In this document: positions 46,787 to 58,375 of the stretch, in pieces
Layout of the letters: each line of letters begins with the position of its first letter
Numbering within the stretch: position 1 is the first letter of the stretch
From: Candidatus Limnocylindria bacterium
GTDB lineage: Bacteria > Chloroflexota > Limnocylindria > Limnocylindrales > CSP1-4
Reading direction: 5' to 3'
DNA: 64,000 bases
Assembly: GCA_035513775.1 (NCBI GenBank)
Contig: DATKBR010000025.1
Coordinates: 3,240 to 67,239, forward strand
Translations under genes and position numbers: made by a program
The notes under the pieces: model-generated
What the model was told of the DNA's origin: nothing
Database searches by the model: none
Seen by the model: the letters and a program-made list of their open reading frames with translations, nothing else

Positions 46787-47641
46787 ATGGCGTTCCTTCG
46801 ACCGGCGCGGCTCGACGAGGCGCTGGGAGCGCTCGCCGGTGGCGGTCCCGGCGGGGCGCCGTGGGTCCTCGTCGCCGGCGCGACGGACCACTACCCGGCT
46901 CGGGTCGGGCGCGCGCCCGTCGAGGACGTGCTCGACCTATCGGCGATCGATGGGCTGCGTGGAGTCGTCGGGGTCGATGGCGGCTGGCGCATCGGAGCGC
47001 TCACCAGCTGGACGGATCTCGTCGAGTTCGACCTGCCGCCGCTCTTCGACGGGCTCCGATCCGCCGCGCTGGCCATCGGCGGGCTGCAGATCCAGGCCCG
47101 TGCCACGGTGGTCGGCAACGTCTGCAATGCCTCGCCCGCCGCGGACGGCACCCCGAACCTGCTCGCGCTGGACGCGGCCGTGGAGCTCGCGTCGGCAAGT
47201 GGTTCGCGGCGCGTGCCGGTGGGTGAGTTCGTGCTCGGCAATCGGCGGACCGCGCGCGCCGACAACGAGCTGGTCACGGGGCTGTTCGTGCCGGCCCCGT
47301 TGCCCGGGACGACCGTCCGATCGACGTTCGAGAAGCTTGGTTCGCGCGCCTATCTCGTCATTTCGATCGCGATGGTCGCCGTGGTGGTCGAGATCGGCGT
47401 AGACGACCGGATCGCGCGGGGGCGCATCGCCGTCGGCGCATGCTCGGAGGTTGCGCAACGGCTACCCGCTCTCGAGGCGGCGCTCGCGGGAGAGTCCGCA
47501 ATTCCGGCCACGGCTCGCCTCGTGGCGCCAGAGCACCTCACCGGGCTCCACCCGATCGACGACGTTCGCGGCACGGCCGCGTACCGGCTCGATGCGGCGG
47601 AGGAGCTCGTCCGCCGCGCGCTCGAAAAGGTGCTGGCGTGA
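46787..47641 (+). CDS. Xanthine-dehydrogenase-family FAD-binding (medium, CoxM/XdhB-like) subunit
   Basis: 284 aa. LVAGATDHY and GGLQIQARATVVGNVCNASPAADG FAD-binding motifs, plus a CO-dehydrogenase flavoprotein C-terminal region. Confidence 0.88.
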   Translation: MAFLRPARLDEALGALAGGGPGGAPWVLVAGATDHYPARVGRAPVEDVLDLSAIDGLRGVVGVDGGWRIGALTSWTDLVEFDLPPLFDGLRSAALAIGGLQIQARATVVGNVCNASPAADGTPNLLALDAAVELASASGSRRVPVGEFVLGNRRTARADNELVTGLFVPAPLPGTTVRSTFEKLGSRAYLVISIAMVAVVVEIGVDDRIARGRIAVGACSEVAQRLPALEAALAGESAIPATARLVAPEHLTGLHPIDDVRGTAAYRLDAAEELVRRALEKVLA

Positions 47642-50496
47642 CGGCGGATGCGCCACGGCACGCGCGCGAAGACCCCGCTGCCGCGATCAAGTTCGAGGTC
47701 AATGGCCAGGCCATCACCGTCCGCGTGGACCCGATGCGGCGCCTGTCGGACGTGCTCCGCGATGACCTCGGGCTGACCGGAACGAAGGTCGGCTGCGACG
47801 CGGGCGACTGCGGCGCGTGCACGGTTCGCCTTGGCAGGCGGCAGGTGGAGTCGTGCCTCGTGCCGGCCGCCCAGGCCCAGGGCGTGACGATCCGGACGGT
47901 CGAGGGTCTGGCCGGACCGGACGGCACGCCGAGCGACCTCCAAACCGCGTTCCTTGTCCACGGCGCGGCCCAGTGCGGGATCTGCACGCCCGGGATGCTG
48001 ATGGCGGCGGACGCCCTGCTCGCCGCCGACCCGGATGCGGACGACGACGCGATCCGGGACGGGATCGGCGGCGTCCTGTGCCGGTGCACGGGCTACGTGA
48101 AGATCGTCGAGGCGATCGCGGCGACGCGCGACGCACGCCGGGCGCGGCGCACGAACGGAGCGGCGCCGCGGGCCAATGGAATGCCGGCGCCCGCCGCCGA
48201 GCCCGCGGCGGGCGCCACTGTCGGATCGCGGCTCGCGAAGGTCGACGGGCTGCCGCGGGTCCTCGGGACGGCGAGGTACGGCGCCGACCACCGACCCGAG
48301 GACGTTTTCGCCGTTCGGGCGGTCCGGTCGCCGCACCCGCGAGCGAGATTCGAGATCGGCGACCTGGAGCCGCTGCGACTCCGGCATCCCGGACTCGTCG
48401 ACGTGATTACCGCGGCGGAAGTGCCGGGCCAGAACCGATACGGGATCTACGCGACCGGCAAGGACCAGCCGGCTCTCGCCGACGGCGTGGTCCGCTATCG
48501 AGGCGAGGCGATCCTCGGCCTGGTGGGCGACGAGGCGACGATCGCCGCGATCACGGACGCGGAGCTGCCGATCACGTGGGAACCGTTGCGGTACCTGACC
48601 GGCATCGATGCTGCGCTCGCCGAGGACGCACCCAGACTCCACGATGCCTCGCCGGGCAACGTGCTCGTTCGCGGCCGCCTCGCAAGCGGCGAGGTGGACG
48701 AGGCGCTCGCGGCGTCGGCCGTGACCGCCGAGATCGATGTGGCGACGACCTTCGTCGAGCACGCCTACATCGAGCCGGAGGCCGGCCTCGCACGAAGAGT
48801 CGGTGACCGGATCGAGGTCACCGTCAGCACGCAAGCGCCGTACATGGACCGCGACGAGGTCGCGCTCCTGCTCGGAATCCCGCCGACGGACGTACGTATC
48901 ATCCCGACCGCGTGCGGCGGTGGATTCGGCGGCAAGCTGGACATCGGGGTCCATGCGCTGATCGCCCTGGCCGCCTGGCGGACCGGGAGGCCCGTGCGAG
49001 CCGTCTGGACCCGCCCGGAATCGATGGCGGCCAGCACGAAGCGCCACCCGGCGCGGATCCACGCGACGGCCGGCGCGGACGCGGACGGCCACCTCACGGC
49101 CTACCGCTTCCATGGCGACTTCGACACCGGCGCCTACGCGTCCTGGGGCCTCACTGTCGCCAACCGCGTGCCGATCCACGCGATGGGTCCGTACGGCTAC
49201 GACGCCGTGCTCGCAACGACCCGCGCCGTGTACACGAACAGCCCGCCCGCCGGCGCGTTTCGCGGGTTCGGGGTTCCGCAGGCGGCGATCGCGCACGAAG
49301 CGCTCATGGACGAGCTCGCCGATCGCCTGGGCTGGGATCCCCTCGAGTTCCGCCTGGCGAACGCGCTCCGTGCCGGCTCGACGACCTCGAGCGGCCAGCG
49401 GCTGGATGCGAGCGCGGGCCTGCCGGCCTGTCTCGAGGCCCTCCTCCCGCACTGGGACCGGCTCCGAGGTGACGCCGCCGACCACAACGCGGCGCCGCGC
49501 TGCCGGACCCGGCGCGGCGTCGGCATCGGAGCCATGTGGTACGGGATCGGCAACACGGCCATCGCGAACCCCTCGACCATCGAGATTGGCGTCGCCGCCG
49601 ACGGCCGCGTGATCCTGTTCTGCGGCGCCGTCGACATCGGCCAGGGGGCCTCGACGGTGATCGTGCAGATCGCGGCCGACGCGCTGGGCGTGCCCGCGTC
49701 TGCGATCGAGTTGGTCAGCGGGGACACCGACCGCACCGAGGACGCGGGGAAGTCGTCCGCGTCCCGCCAGACGTTCGTCTCCGGCAACGCGGCGAGACTC
49801 GCGGCGGCGGACCTGCGCCGGCAGATCCTCCTCCTCGCAGAGGTGGGTGGGGAGGCGAGCCTCGGCTTCGAGGCCGGCCGGATCACCGCGACGGACGCGA
49901 GCGGTCGAACCGCCGCCATCGAGCTGGCCGAGCTGCCGCCGGTCCCCGTGCGTGACGCGTCGGCGGCATGCGTCATCGCGGGACGCGGGACGTTCGATCC
50001 CCAGACCACGCCGCTCGACGCCGACGGGCACGGTGTGCCGTACCAGACGTACGCGTTCGGGGCGCAGATTGCCGATGTCGAGGTCGATCCCGCGCTCGGG
50101 ACGGTGAAGGTCCGCCGGATCGTGGCGGCCCACGATGTCGGCCGGGCGATCAACCCGACCCAGGTCGAGGGCCAGATCCACGGCGGGATCGCCCAGGGGC
50201 TGGGCTTCGCGCTGATGGAGGCATACGTACCGGGTCGCACGGAGAATCTGCACGACTACCTGATCCCGACCGTCGGCGACATGCCCGAGATCGAGTGCCT
50301 GCTCATCGAGGACGCCGAGCCCTCGGGGCCGTTTGGCGCGAAGGGGGTAGGGGAGCCAGCCCTCGTGCCGACCGCGCCGGCAATCCTCGGCGCGATTTAC
50401 GACGCCGTGGGCGTGCGGATCACCGAGCTGCCCGCGTCCCCGGATCGAGTGCGGGCCGCGATCCTCGCGCGGTCCGGCGCGCCCGCCGCCGGCTGA
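47638..50496 (+). CDS. Fused [2Fe-2S] small subunit + molybdopterin-binding large subunit of a xanthine-dehydrogenase-family hydroxylase
   Basis: GTG overlaps the FAD-subunit stop (GTGA), 952 aa. GCDAGDCGACTV and CGICTPGMLM...CRCTGY Fe-S motifs, then a Moco domain (GGGFGGK, …FGAKGVGEPAL). Confidence 0.92.
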   Translation: MTADAPRHAREDPAAAIKFEVNGQAITVRVDPMRRLSDVLRDDLGLTGTKVGCDAGDCGACTVRLGRRQVESCLVPAAQAQGVTIRTVEGLAGPDGTPSDLQTAFLVHGAAQCGICTPGMLMAADALLAADPDADDDAIRDGIGGVLCRCTGYVKIVEAIAATRDARRARRTNGAAPRANGMPAPAAEPAAGATVGSRLAKVDGLPRVLGTARYGADHRPEDVFAVRAVRSPHPRARFEIGDLEPLRLRHPGLVDVITAAEVPGQNRYGIYATGKDQPALADGVVRYRGEAILGLVGDEATIAAITDAELPITWEPLRYLTGIDAALAEDAPRLHDASPGNVLVRGRLASGEVDEALAASAVTAEIDVATTFVEHAYIEPEAGLARRVGDRIEVTVSTQAPYMDRDEVALLLGIPPTDVRIIPTACGGGFGGKLDIGVHALIALAAWRTGRPVRAVWTRPESMAASTKRHPARIHATAGADADGHLTAYRFHGDFDTGAYASWGLTVANRVPIHAMGPYGYDAVLATTRAVYTNSPPAGAFRGFGVPQAAIAHEALMDELADRLGWDPLEFRLANALRAGSTTSSGQRLDASAGLPACLEALLPHWDRLRGDAADHNAAPRCRTRRGVGIGAMWYGIGNTAIANPSTIEIGVAADGRVILFCGAVDIGQGASTVIVQIAADALGVPASAIELVSGDTDRTEDAGKSSASRQTFVSGNAARLAAADLRRQILLLAEVGGEASLGFEAGRITATDASGRTAAIELAELPPVPVRDASAACVIAGRGTFDPQTTPLDADGHGVPYQTYAFGAQIADVEVDPALGTVKVRRIVAAHDVGRAINPTQVEGQIHGGIAQGLGFALMEAYVPGRTENLHDYLIPTVGDMPEIECLLIEDAEPSGPFGAKGVGEPALVPTAPAILGAIYDAVGVRITELPASPDRVRAAILARSGAPAAG

Positions 50497-50510
50497 GGCA
50501 CACTCCGCGC

Positions 50511-51461
50511 ATGCCAACGAAGGTCATCCTCGACGTCGATACCGGGACCGATGACGCCGTCGCGCTGATGGTCGCGGCGCTGTCGCCGGACATCGATCTC
50601 ATCGGCGCGACGACCGTCAACGGCAACACGCTCGTCCACAACTGCACCGAGAACACGCTGCGCGTGTTCGACTGGATCGGGCTGCCGTCGATCCCGGTCC
50701 ACCAGGGCATGGACCGGCCGCTTGCCCGCACGCAGATGGAGCAGCTGAACCCGGCGAAGCGCATCCACGGCGACCTGCTCGACCTGCCGCCTGCGGCCGC
50801 TGGCGCGACCGTGGGGCCGAAGCACGCCGTCGACTGGCTGATCGAGACCTACCTCGCGTCAAACGGCGACATCGTCCTGTGCCCGGTTGGTCCGCTGACA
50901 AACGTGGCGACCGCGATCCAGAAGGAGCCGCGGATCCTCGAGAAGATCCCGGAGATCGTGATCATGGGCGGCGCACACGATCACGGGAACTCCACGCCAT
51001 CCGCCGAGTTCAACATCTGGCTGGATCCCGAAGGGGCGCGGATCGTCGTCAACTGCGGCCGCCCGATCCGCATGATCCCGCTGGACGCCACTCACCGAGC
51101 GCTCGTCTCCACGGAGGATGCCGGCCGGCTCCGCGCCCTCGGCACGCCGGCGGGAGAGGCGGCTGCTCGCTTCGTGCTCAAGCGCATCGACGGCTACGAC
51201 GCCACCCAGCGGATGCCCCACCGCGCCGGCGCCGCGCCGGTCCACGACGCGCTCGCCGTGTGCGCGATCATCGACCCGTCCGTGGTCACCACGGAGCACA
51301 TCCCGGTCGACGTCGAGGTCTTCGCGGAGCTGTCCGTTGGTCGAACGGTGTGCGACTTCCGCTTCCGCGGCGGCAAGCCGGCCAACGTCCAATTCGCCAC
51401 GAACGCGGACGAGCCGAAGTTCGTCAGGATGCTGCTGGAGATCCTCGGCCGCACCGCCTGA
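50511..51461 (+). CDS. Inosine/uridine-preferring nucleoside hydrolase family protein
   Basis: ATG 50511 inside track ORF 49968..51461, 316 aa. N-terminal VILDVDTGTDDAVAL fingerprint and the AEFNIWLDPEGA motif. Confidence 0.9.
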   Translation: MPTKVILDVDTGTDDAVALMVAALSPDIDLIGATTVNGNTLVHNCTENTLRVFDWIGLPSIPVHQGMDRPLARTQMEQLNPAKRIHGDLLDLPPAAAGATVGPKHAVDWLIETYLASNGDIVLCPVGPLTNVATAIQKEPRILEKIPEIVIMGGAHDHGNSTPSAEFNIWLDPEGARIVVNCGRPIRMIPLDATHRALVSTEDAGRLRALGTPAGEAAARFVLKRIDGYDATQRMPHRAGAAPVHDALAVCAIIDPSVVTTEHIPVDVEVFAELSVGRTVCDFRFRGGKPANVQFATNADEPKFVRMLLEILGRTA

Positions 51462-51479
51462 CCGCGGCGCCTCGTGACG

Positions 51480-52304
51480 CTACTCCGAGCCGGCGCCCTT
51501 GGGCTCCTTGCCCTTCGGCCAGTAAAGCTCCTTCTTGACCTGCGCCTCGGGGTAGTCGCGGTCCAGCAGGGTCGCCTCGGCGGCGAGAATCATGTCCGGG
51601 TTGCCGCAGATGTAGGCGATGGAGTTGTCCGGCGTGAGGCCCAGCTCCTCGCACACCGGCGCCACGATCGCCTCGACGCGGCCCCAGCGGCCCGCCCAGC
51701 CCGCGTTCTCCGGCGCCGACGGTCGCGAGACCGTCGGGATGTACCGGACGGGATAGCCGCCGCTCGCCTCCCAGTCCCCGAGCAGCGCCCGGTATCCGAG
51801 GTCGCCCGCGTACGACACGCCGTTCAGGAAAACGGCCTTGCGCGGCCGGCCCTCGCGAAGGAGCGCCTTCATCATCGAAACGAACGGCGCATTGCCCGTG
51901 CCCGACGAGATGAAGATGTGCGTCCGATCGTCGTCCGGGTCGAGGACGAACTTGCCCTTCGGGCCGATCATCCGCATCCGGTGCCCCAGCGGCAGGCGCC
52001 AGAGCAAGGGCGTGAACTGCCCGCCCTGGACCAGCCGGATGTACAGCTCGTAGCCCTCGGCGTCGGCGACGCCGGGGTCAGACGCCACCGAATACGGCCG
52101 CTGCACGATCCGCGTCGGCACGCCCGGGTCGCCCTCGACGAACACGCCGATGGTCATGTACTGGCCGGGCTCGAACGGGGTAGCCTCGCCGTCGAACTTG
52201 ACGGTGAAGTAGCCGAGGCTCTCGGTCTCGTCCGTGCGGGCCACGAGCGAGGCGTTGTACTGCGGCGCGTCGGGGACGATGACGCGCTCATCGACTTCAA
52301 GCAT
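51480..52304 (-). CDS. Ferredoxin--NADP+ reductase-type FAD/NAD(P)-binding oxidoreductase
   Basis: Only the 3' 825 nt of track ORF 51480..54506(-) is protein-like. Starts at MLEVDERV. RPYSVAS FAD motif and SSGTGNAPF NAD(P) motif. Confidence 0.88.
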   Translation of the reverse strand: MLEVDERVIVPDAPQYNASLVARTDETESLGYFTVKFDGEATPFEPGQYMTIGVFVEGDPGVPTRIVQRPYSVASDPGVADAEGYELYIRLVQGGQFTPLLWRLPLGHRMRMIGPKGKFVLDPDDDRTHIFISSGTGNAPFVSMMKALLREGRPRKAVFLNGVSYAGDLGYRALLGDWEASGGYPVRYIPTVSRPSAPENAGWAGRWGRVEAIVAPVCEELGLTPDNSIAYICGNPDMILAAEATLLDRDYPEAQVKKELYWPKGKEPKGAGSE

Positions 52305-52427
52305 CAGTCGCGATGGTAGCGGTCGCGGCGACTCGACCGGCCGGGCTGTTCGTCGGCCCGCAGGGGGCCACACGGCCCCGGCACCCTTCGCGACCCGTCC
52401 CTTACCGGGGTACGCGGACTCGGCGGC

Positions 52428-52433
52428 TACAAT
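52428..52433 (+). promoter_or_regulatory. -10-like hexamer TACAAT upstream of ppdK
   Basis: Sequence match only, in the 192-bp divergent region between fnr and ppdK, 64 nt upstream of the ppdK ATG. GAAGGGAG SD before the ATG. Confidence 0.3.
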
Positions 52434-52496
52434 TCCTGCGCACAGCAACGATCGAGCGGCACGAGCTGCCGCGCCGCCCGAAGGGAGCCCGCCCGC

Positions 52497-55283
<2,787 letters not shown>

Positions 55284-55442
55284 GAGTCCGGCGAGCGTGT
55301 TGACCGGCCCTCGGAGGACCGAGGCGACGCCCCGCTAGCCATCGGTCCGACCACCGCGAGAAGCTGGTCGCCGTTCGTACCGCCCCGAACCGTACGCGCG
55401 AGCCCCTGCCAGCATCACTGCGCAGCGCCCATCCTCCACCTC

Positions 55443-56018
55443 GTGGAGCGTGCGCGCACCGATCTGTATCGAATCCTGCAGGTGGATCCGGCGGCTAGCC
55501 CGCTGGTGATCCAGGCCGCCTACCGCGTCCTTGCCCAGATCTTCCACCCCGACGTGTCCGGGGATGACGCCGAAATGAAGCGGATCAACGCCGCGTGGGA
55601 GGTCCTCGGCGACTCGCGTCGCCGCCGCCAGTACGACATCGAGCGCGCCGGCCGTCATCACGGACTCGTACAGCCCGCGGCATCCGCCGGCTCCCCGGCA
55701 AGCCCGGCTAGAGCCGACGACGCCCGTTCCGCCCGGACGGGGGATCGCGCCGGAGCGCCGCAGGGCGAGCCGTTCGGGCCGCTGCTGAAGTTCGGGCGGT
55801 ACGAGGGCTGGACGCTCGGCCAGGTGTCTCGCGTCGACCGGCCGTACCTGGAGTGGCTGCGTCGCGCCCCGGCCGGGCGCGGGCTCAAGGAAGAGATCGA
55901 CGCCGTGCTCCGAACCAGGCGCGGCCCAGGCGCCGTTGACGAGCGCCGAACCTACGAGTCCGCCCAGCGGCAGCAGGTCCACACCTGGGCGCCTGGAGCC
56001 CCGACGAAGCTCCGGTAG
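55443..56018 (+). CDS. J-domain protein with C-terminal FGRYxGW...YLEWL (DUF3820/ExoX-C-like) motif, copy 1
   Basis: 191 aa, GTG start. DLYRILQVDP...IFHPDV (HPD motif)...AWEVLGD, then a low-complexity linker, then FGRYEGWTLGQVSRVDRPYLEWL. Confidence 0.8.
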   Translation: MERARTDLYRILQVDPAASPLVIQAAYRVLAQIFHPDVSGDDAEMKRINAAWEVLGDSRRRRQYDIERAGRHHGLVQPAASAGSPASPARADDARSARTGDRAGAPQGEPFGPLLKFGRYEGWTLGQVSRVDRPYLEWLRRAPAGRGLKEEIDAVLRTRRGPGAVDERRTYESAQRQQVHTWAPGAPTKLR

Positions 56019-56154
56019 GCGCGGCGGCCACGCCACGCACCAGAGGCCCGCCGGACTCTGTCATTCGGCATAGGCGCCGGTGGTCACAGGTCACCCGTCG
56101 GGCCGTACGCGCGAGCCCCTCCGCCCGCACGGTGCGCGCCGCATGCTCCTGTCG

Positions 56155-56727
56155 ATGTACTCGAAGTCACCCGACCTCTACCGCGTCCTCCAGGTCGATC
56201 CCGGAGCAAACTCCCTCGTGATCCAGGCGGCCTATCGCGTGCTCGCCCGCATCTTCCACCCGGACGCGTCGGGCGACGACGACTCGATGAAGCGCATCAA
56301 CGCGGCGTGGGAGGTCCTTGGCGATTCGCGCCTGCGTGCCCGGTACGACCTGGAGCGGGCCGGCAGGCATCCCGGGCCGGCGGTTGCCGCCTCGCCGGCG
56401 CGCGCCGCCGTCCCTGGCTGGCGGCCATCCGCCGCGGCACAAGGCGTGCCGAGGACGCCAGCGGCATCCTCCGCGACGGGCGATGATTCCGCCGGTCAGC
56501 CGCAGGGCACTCCGTTCGGGCCGGTGCTCCACTTCGGTCGGTATGACGGCTGGTCCATCGGCCAGGTCGCGCGCGTAGATCGGCCGTTCCTGGAGTGGCT
56601 CAGCAACGCGCCTGCCGGCCGAACGATGCGGGATGAGATCGAGACCGTGCTCAGCACACGAAAGGGCCCCGAGGCCGTCGACGAGCGCCGCCACTACGAG
56701 ACGATTCGAGGTCGCGCGTCCGCCTAA
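56155..56727 (+). CDS. J-domain protein with the same C-terminal motif, copy 2 (tandem paralog)
   Basis: Collinear with copy 1 (DLYRVLQVDP...IFHPDA...FGRYDGWSIGQVARVDRPFLEWL). ATG 56155 aligns with the copy-1 start. ATG 56143 and the track start 56080 are alternatives. Confidence 0.8.
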   Translation: MYSKSPDLYRVLQVDPGANSLVIQAAYRVLARIFHPDASGDDDSMKRINAAWEVLGDSRLRARYDLERAGRHPGPAVAASPARAAVPGWRPSAAAQGVPRTPAASSATGDDSAGQPQGTPFGPVLHFGRYDGWSIGQVARVDRPFLEWLSNAPAGRTMRDEIETVLSTRKGPEAVDERRHYETIRGRASA

Positions 56728-56954
56728 GCCCGCTGAGCCATTTCGGCCGAATGACAACGGCCGTATGCGAAGTCGACCAGGTCTGATCCCGCGGCACCGT
56801 CAGCGGTGCCAACGAGGGGTTCCGAATCACGGCGTATCGGTCATTCTGAGCTTGGCCACGCACATTTCGACGACCTCTGGCCGGATATTTCGCGTCCGGC
56901 CGCCGAACCTCGTCGCGTTGGTATACGGCGACGATCATCCGAGTCATGGCGACG

Positions 56955-57021
56955 GGCGCCGGTTGGGCCCGGCACGGCACCAGGTTCAGGTCGACAGGCG
57001 CCGGTTGGGCCCGGCACGGCA
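56955..57021 (+). repeat. Two perfect 25-nt direct repeats (GGCGCCGGTTGGGCCCGGCACGGCA) 42 bp apart, ending 10 nt upstream of the ndh start
   Basis: Copies at 56955-56979 and 56997-57021. Each contains a GCCGG-N6-CCGGC hairpin/palindrome. Confidence 0.85.
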
Positions 57022-57031
57022 TCATGTGGTC

Positions 57032-58375
57032 ATGCCGACCGTGTCCTCGCCGAATGGCCACCGCGTCACGATCATCGGTGGCGGATTCGGAGGCCTGTAC
57101 GCGGCGCGACGGCTGGGCCGCGACGAACGAGTGGACCTGACCCTCGTCGACCGCCGCAACCATCACCTGTTCCAGCCATTGCTGTACCAGGTCGCCACCG
57201 GCGCCCTGGCACCCAGCGAGATCGCACAGCCGCTGCGCAGCATCCTCCGGCGCCACCGGAACACGTCCGTCCTGCTGGGCGAGGCGATCGCCCTGGATCC
57301 CGACAAGGGCGAGGTGCAGCTCTCCGACGGTGGCCCCATCGCGTACGACACGCTCGTCGTCGCGACGGGCGCCAGGCACTCCTACTTCGGGAACGACGAG
57401 TGGGCGAGATTCGCCCCGGGCCTGAAGTCGATCGACGACGCGACGGAGATCCGTCGGCGCATCCTCATCGCGTTCGAAGCCGCGGAGCGAGAGCACGACC
57501 GCGCGCGGCGGAAGGAATGGATGACGTTCGTCGTAGTGGGTGGCGGCCCCACCGGGGTGGAGCTGGCGGGCGCCCTGGGCGAGATCACCAGGGACACGCT
57601 CCGGCGAGACTTCCGCGCCATCGATCCCATTGACGCCTCGATCAACCTCATCGAGGCGCTTGACCGGGTCCTGCCGGTCTATCCAGCTGACCGGTCACGC
57701 TCCGCGGAGCGCCAGCTCCGCCGTCTCGGCGTCACGGTGCGAACCGGTGTTCGCGTCACCGACATCTCGGAGCGAGCGGTCACCATCGATCCGGCGGATC
57801 CGGACGGCAACGCGCGCATCCCGACGCGGACGGTCCTCTGGGCAGCTGGCGTCCAGGCGTCGTCCTTCGGGAAGGCCGTCGCCGCGGCCACCGGCGCCGA
57901 GACGGATCGCGCCGGCCGGATCAAGGTTGGGCGAGACCTGGCGATCGCGGGGCACCCGGAGATATTCGTCATCGGTGACGCCGCCGTGCAGCCCTGGAAG
58001 GAGGACCGGCCCGTGCCCGGCGTCGCCCAGGGCGGGATCCAGGCCGGCAAGTACGTGGCAGACGCCATCATCGGCCGGCTCGACGGCGAACCCCCCGAGC
58101 CGTTCCGGTTTCGCGACCTCGGCGACGTCGCCGTCATCGGGCGCCTGTCGGGGGTCACGAACATCGGCTGGCTCGGGCCGTTCGGGCGCACCGGTGGGTT
58201 CATCGCCTGGCTCCTGTGGCTCGGTATCCACATCTCCTACCTGATCGGCTTCGCGAACCGGCTGGTCGTGCTGGTCCGCTGGGCATGGAGCTTCTTCACC
58301 CACGGGCGCGGCTCACGCCTGATCACCGGGCAGCCACTCCTGCCCGACATCGCCGAGCCGGAGCCGCCCGCATGA
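57032..58375 (+). CDS. ndh: Type II NADH:quinone oxidoreductase (NDH-2)
   Basis: ATG 57032 inside track ORF 56633..58375, 447 aa. VTIIGGGFGG, NHHLFQPLLYQVATG and VVGGGPTGVELAG motifs. Confidence 0.92.
   Translation: MPTVSSPNGHRVTIIGGGFGGLYAARRLGRDERVDLTLVDRRNHHLFQPLLYQVATGALAPSEIAQPLRSILRRHRNTSVLLGEAIALDPDKGEVQLSDGGPIAYDTLVVATGARHSYFGNDEWARFAPGLKSIDDATEIRRRILIAFEAAEREHDRARRKEWMTFVVVGGGPTGVELAGALGEITRDTLRRDFRAIDPIDASINLIEALDRVLPVYPADRSRSAERQLRRLGVTVRTGVRVTDISERAVTIDPADPDGNARIPTRTVLWAAGVQASSFGKAVAAATGAETDRAGRIKVGRDLAIAGHPEIFVIGDAAVQPWKEDRPVPGVAQGGIQAGKYVADAIIGRLDGEPPEPFRFRDLGDVAVIGRLSGVTNIGWLGPFGRTGGFIAWLLWLGIHISYLIGFANRLVVLVRWAWSFFTHGRGSRLITGQPLLPDIAEPEPPA

Noticed and set aside
47350-50517. 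1055-aa minus-strand ORF antisense to the Mo-hydroxylase gene. The same applies to 25049..27526(-), 23985..25835(-), 22571..24316(-), 59954..61798(-), 10006..11346(-), 13664..15061(-), 35891..37351(-) and 40675..42195(-).
   Set aside because: They are Arg/Gly/Ala/Pro-dominated, low-complexity translations with no recognisable motifs. They lie exactly opposite strongly supported plus-strand genes. This is the typical long-ORF artefact of ~70% G+C DNA.
55335-56036. 233-aa minus-strand ORF, and 56167..56757(-), antisense to the two J-domain genes.
   Set aside because: The plus-strand translations contain an intact J domain (HPD) and are paralogous to each other. The antisense frames are low complexity.
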